Positions 16,484 to 20,000 of a stretch of 20,000 bases of DNA are shown piece by piece. Position numbers and translations under genes: made by a program. How positions within the stretch are numbered: position 1 is the first letter of the stretch; the number at the start of each line of letters is the position of its first letter. Under the pieces are notes generated by a model. The model was given only the letters and a program-made list of their open reading frames with translations, made no database searches and was not told the DNA's origin. The DNA comes from an uncultured virus (IMG/VR IMGVR_UViG_3300011991_000001). Lineage: Duplodnaviria > Heunggongvirae > Uroviricota > Caudoviricetes. The stretch lies in IMG/VR virus record IMGVR_UViG_3300011991_000001; one strand, 5' to 3'.

Positions 16484-16798
16484 ATGAATGATTATGAATC
16501 ATATTTTAGTAATGTTGATTTACAACAATATTTTAAAGAGCAAATTGGGAAGATATTTAAAATTCTTCCATTGCATGAGGATGGTTGCCCTACCTTAAAA
16601 ATATATATACAATCTCTTCAGATTGAATTGCAAGGTGGCAAATCGTTTATTGTACATAATCAGCATTTTTTACAATTACTTTTTTGTATTGAAGGATTAT
16701 CTTTGCTGAAAGATATGAAATTATTAAAACCAACTGTTTTCAAATGTATTGGTTTGTGTGAAAAAATAATAAAAGACTTGGAGGAAACCAAATCATGA
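16484..16798 (+). CDS. Hypothetical head-tail region protein
   Basis: IFKILPL.E motif; in operon, with ATGA overlap with the next gene. Confidence 0.65.
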   Translation: MNDYESYFSNVDLQQYFKEQIGKIFKILPLHEDGCPTLKIYIQSLQIELQGGKSFIVHNQHFLQLLFCIEGLSLLKDMKLLKPTVFKCIGLCEKIIKDLEETKS

Positions 16799-18024
16799 GT
16801 TATTTAGATGATTATATTGCTAGAATTAATGATATTGGTGCAACTTCAAGTGATTATTATAAAAACATGCAACAAGATATTGTAAACAATGGGTTTGAAG
16901 ATTCTCCTACTTTAGTTGACGGTAAATTGAATGGATTTAATTTGAGGTTTAGGGTTAGTGCTTTCTTTAATCGTAAAACATTGACAATGAATCCAGATTC
17001 TTATCAGAAGGTTATTTTCAAGGATATTCAGCAAGTAATAAAAATTGGTGATATTTTAGAGTTTAATAATTTAATATGGATATGTACAGAAACAACTACA
17101 AGTACAGTGGCGTGTTCTTGTTTAGTTACTAGGTCAAATAACACATTGAAATTTTACTCTAATTCAGTGTTATCTACTATTCCCTGCTTTGTTGGAAAAG
17201 GCAACATAAGTCTAAGCATAGATAAATTTATCTCTTTAGCTAGCGATGAATATATCATTTCATGCCCTAATACAGTAGATAGTTTGAAGATTGTTGTTGG
17301 GACTAGATTTATACTTAATGGTGGAGCGTACAAAGTTGAGGGCACTGACACTATAAGCGTAAATGGATTGATTGATATTCGAGTAAAAGAAGACTTGATT
17401 GATAGTGTTGATGATAATATTTTACTAAATATTGCTAATTATTATTCACATCAACCAGTCCAAGAACTTTACATTTTGAATGGAACTTCTGCGACTCTAC
17501 TATATTCTAATACTACACTACAATTAAGCATTCAATGCAAAGAGAATAACGCAATTGTGGATAATTCAAGAGTTACTTATACCTCTGATCATTTGAATGT
17601 TGCCACAGTTAGCACAACTGGATTAATTACTGCAATTGGTACAGGAGATTCAATTATTGTAGCAACTTTTGGAACTGTAAGTGCTAGCATCGCTATTCAT
17701 GGTGATATGACCGTAATTGATAATTATAGTATTTCTATAACTCCTTCTGATACTACACTAAAAATAAGTAGAAGTTTAATTACTACTTCGCATTTCTGGA
17801 ATAATGGGGTAGAAGTATTTAACCAAAATTGCATTTGGGGTTTAACTAATTCAGATGGAACGAGTAATGTATATGCAACATTAGTTACTAATGGTTTTGA
17901 TTGTACTGTCACTGCGTCCAGTAATTCAAGTTATGTTGGTAAGTATATTAAGCTACGCTCTACTTTAGTTTCAGATAATACAAAATACACAGAGAAAGAA
18001 ATCAAGATTGTTGGTTTATTTTAG
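16795..18024 (+). CDS. Head-closure/neck-like structural protein with C-terminal Ig-like (Big_2) domains
   Basis: The N-terminal part has IKIGDILEF...WI and GTRFIL. The C-terminal part has VTYTSD..VATVSTTGLITAIGTGDSIIVAT, a Big_2 signature. Confidence 0.7.
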   Translation: MSYLDDYIARINDIGATSSDYYKNMQQDIVNNGFEDSPTLVDGKLNGFNLRFRVSAFFNRKTLTMNPDSYQKVIFKDIQQVIKIGDILEFNNLIWICTETTTSTVACSCLVTRSNNTLKFYSNSVLSTIPCFVGKGNISLSIDKFISLASDEYIISCPNTVDSLKIVVGTRFILNGGAYKVEGTDTISVNGLIDIRVKEDLIDSVDDNILLNIANYYSHQPVQELYILNGTSATLLYSNTTLQLSIQCKENNAIVDNSRVTYTSDHLNVATVSTTGLITAIGTGDSIIVATFGTVSASIAIHGDMTVIDNYSISITPSDTTLKISRSLITTSHFWNNGVEVFNQNCIWGLTNSDGTSNVYATLVTNGFDCTVTASSNSSYVGKYIKLRSTLVSDNTKYTEKEIKIVGLF

Positions 18025-18035
18025 AGAGGGGAAAT

Positions 18036-18512
18036 ATGAGCAGATTTGATGAACTGAATAATAACATCATGACAGTATTGTTAAAAATTATTGATAATAA
18101 AAATTTATGTAAATTAGTAAACTATAACTCATATGACCCACTTTCTGAGGCTGACATGGAAGATAGTTCTTCTCTATTATTTGATAAGATTTATCCATAC
18201 CCATTCACCCCAGATGTAGACAGTATTGCAAGTACGCAAATAAATGTTATGTTTGATAATTTTCAATTAGGTAAAGATAACCCTGCTTTTAAGAATAACC
18301 AGTTAACATTTGTAGTTATTTGCCATAGTAAGCTTTGGAGAATGAATGGTATGCTTAGGCCATTTGCTATTATGAAAGAGATTGACTCATTATTTAATTC
18401 TGTAAATGGATTGGGCGTTGGAAAAATGAAGTTCGTCAGCAGCAATATAATGTGGGTAAATGCCAATTACTCAGGGTATAGAATAAGTTATTCGTTGTGT
18501 GATTTTAATTGA
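18036..18512 (+). CDS. Putative tail terminator/completion protein (YomW-like)
   Basis: 158 aa; IYPYPF.PD, RPF.I..EID..FN and G.GK..F; synteny before the tail tube gene. Confidence 0.55.
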   Translation: MSRFDELNNNIMTVLLKIIDNKNLCKLVNYNSYDPLSEADMEDSSSLLFDKIYPYPFTPDVDSIASTQINVMFDNFQLGKDNPAFKNNQLTFVVICHSKLWRMNGMLRPFAIMKEIDSLFNSVNGLGVGKMKFVSSNIMWVNANYSGYRISYSLCDFN

Positions 18513-18525
18513 GGATGTTGTACAT

Positions 18526-19266
18526 ATGAGTAGTAGTGCAGAGTTAGAATTAAAATTATTAAAGGGTTCAGTTATCATGGTTGATGGCATAAAAATAAAA
18601 CCTTTAACATTATCTTATATCATTGATGAATTAGGGTTCGATGAATATTTAAAGATATTGAGTGTTCTGGGATTTGATAAAAATAAATTTATAAATGAAA
18701 TACCAGAAGATGAATATAATCAGGTCACAAACTTCGATTTTTACACAGAGTATATAAATTTAATGGATTCTTTTATGGATTTTTTAAGGGTATTTTTGGA
18801 TTATGATGATGTTCGTTATATTTTAGAGAAGAAAACAATTTCCCTTAGTCGTGGCAAAGAATTAGTTTATATTAATAGAGAAAATGCAGATAATTTAATT
18901 AGTATCTTTAGAAAAATGTATAACGTGCAAATTGAAAAAGAGCCTGAATATAATCCAGCCAATGATAGGGCTAGAGCAATCATAGAAAAGATTAAAAGGA
19001 AAAATGAAGCATACGCAAAACTTCATAGAGAAGAAGATGTAGATTTTAATAGTATTATAAGTGGCGTTGCTTGGAAATCAACTAATACTAATATATTTAA
19101 TATTTCTGATTTAACTGTTTATCAATTATATGATGCCTATTATCGTTTAGAGATAGTTGATAATTATAATAATACTATGACTGGTTTATATACTGGAAAC
19201 ATAGATGGTAAAACGCTTAATACCAAGAAAATTTCTTGGATTAAAAAATACATATCTAACAACTAA
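18526..19266 (+). CDS. Tail-region protein (YomV-like; possible tail assembly chaperone)
   Basis: Start moved to ATG 18526 after GAGG; IKPLTL..I and DLTVYQLYD.Y.RL motifs. Confidence 0.55.
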   Translation: MSSSAELELKLLKGSVIMVDGIKIKPLTLSYIIDELGFDEYLKILSVLGFDKNKFINEIPEDEYNQVTNFDFYTEYINLMDSFMDFLRVFLDYDDVRYILEKKTISLSRGKELVYINRENADNLISIFRKMYNVQIEKEPEYNPANDRARAIIEKIKRKNEAYAKLHREEDVDFNSIISGVAWKSTNTNIFNISDLTVYQLYDAYYRLEIVDNYNNTMTGLYTGNIDGKTLNTKKISWIKKYISNN

Positions 19267-19286
19267 AATTTGAGGAGGAATTAATA

Positions 19287-20000
19287 ATGAGTTCACCTAA
19301 TCGTTTTGCTATCCGTGACTGCGGAGAAGCAACTTTTTATGATTTGACTACGGGTAAAGCTATTGTAACACTTAAGACCTTAAAAACTAGTGGTGTAGAA
19401 ACATCTGGTACTACTGTATATTCAAAAGGCGGTCGTGGGAACGCTAAATTGGTAGGATTTTCCAGTGACAAGACAGCAAAGATCACTTTTGAGGATGCTA
19501 TCTTTGACAAGCAAGCATTGGCAATGCTAACTGGTAATGCTATTTCTACAGGAGCAGTTACAGTTCAACAAATTGATGATTTGGCAGTTACTTCCGATAC
19601 GGTTACTCTTTCTAAAACACCATCCGGAGCAATTATTAGTGTCTATAAAATCAATCCAGACGGTACAAATGGTATTGAGTATACATTAGGAACGCCCACG
19701 ACAGGATTAAAATTATTCTCTATTTCTGCTAAAGTAATAACATTCTTTGCAGGGGCAGAACCTAACGGCACACTTTTCCGTGTTTATTACAAGATGACTA
19801 CGGATGCAACTGCTTCTAGAATCAAAATTTCATCTGATAAATTTGGTGCTTCTTTCAAAATTATTGTTGAAGTTCTTGTGCGCGATGAATTTACCAAAGC
19901 TGACTTTGCTGCACAAATAGTTATCCCGAACGGAAAATTTGAAGAAACGTGGAAGATGGATTTTAAAGCTGAGGGAGACCCAAGCGTACTATCTATGCCC
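19287..20000 (+). CDS. Major tail (tube) protein, 3'-truncated (not in ORF track)
   Basis: SD GAGGAGG, ATG 19287; MSSPNRFAIRDCGEATFYD...LKTSGVE...VYSKGGRGNAKLVGF...TFEDA; frame open to the window end. Confidence 0.8.
   Translation, partial: MSSPNRFAIRDCGEATFYDLTTGKAIVTLKTLKTSGVETSGTTVYSKGGRGNAKLVGFSSDKTAKITFEDAIFDKQALAMLTGNAISTGAVTVQQIDDLAVTSDTVTLSKTPSGAIISVYKINPDGTNGIEYTLGTPTTGLKLFSISAKVITFFAGAEPNGTLFRVYYKMTTDATASRIKISSDKFGASFKIIVEVLVRDEFTKADFAAQIVIPNGKFEETWKMDFKAEGDPSVLSMP

Noticed and set aside
1777..18466. All minus-strand ORFs in the track (e.g. 3173-3391, 4877-5131, 5183-5503, 11413-11700, 15164-15624, 17154-17912)
   Set aside because: They are short, antisense to well-supported genes, hydrophobic shadow translations of AT-rich codons, with no evident SD.
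1..20000. CRISPR array, stop-codon reassignment, integrase/att site, diversity-generating retroelement
   Set aside because: No spaced direct repeats were seen. Genes are intact in code 11 with TAA, TAG and TGA all used as stops. No recombinase or reverse transcriptase ORF is in the window, so prophage versus free phage cannot be decided.

Overview
AT-rich (~30% GC by eye), single-strand-coded segment of a large SPbeta-like siphophage or prophage. Strong GGAGG SD sites and gene content suggest a Firmicutes host, which cannot be named from sequence alone. The window opens in the 3' part of a YonO-type single-subunit RNA polymerase (RSPH and QFDVDGD motifs). An accessory block follows: PIN-PhoH, a variant HU, a YonK-like protein, a structured non-coding stretch, tRNA-Asn(GUU) and an atypical tRNA-Thr(UGU), a 41-aa zinc ribbon, a YonJ-like metallophosphoesterase, a ClpP-like protease and a very acidic small protein. 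The morphogenesis operon then runs in SPbeta yon/yom-like order: putative small terminase, large terminase, portal, prohead protease/scaffold, an inserted GIY-YIG homing endonuclease cassette, decoration protein, major capsid, head-tail proteins and the start of the major tail protein. The most unusual signals are a reciprocal Walker A/Walker B residue swap in PIN-PhoH, a tRNA-Thr with a compensatory A19:U56 pair and an altered anticodon arm, multi-hairpin intergenic RNAs, U-tract-less perfect hairpins in the late operon, a nested scaffold start and an RBS-sequestering hairpin on the homing endonuclease. All family assignments come from motif recognition and synteny, not from database searches.
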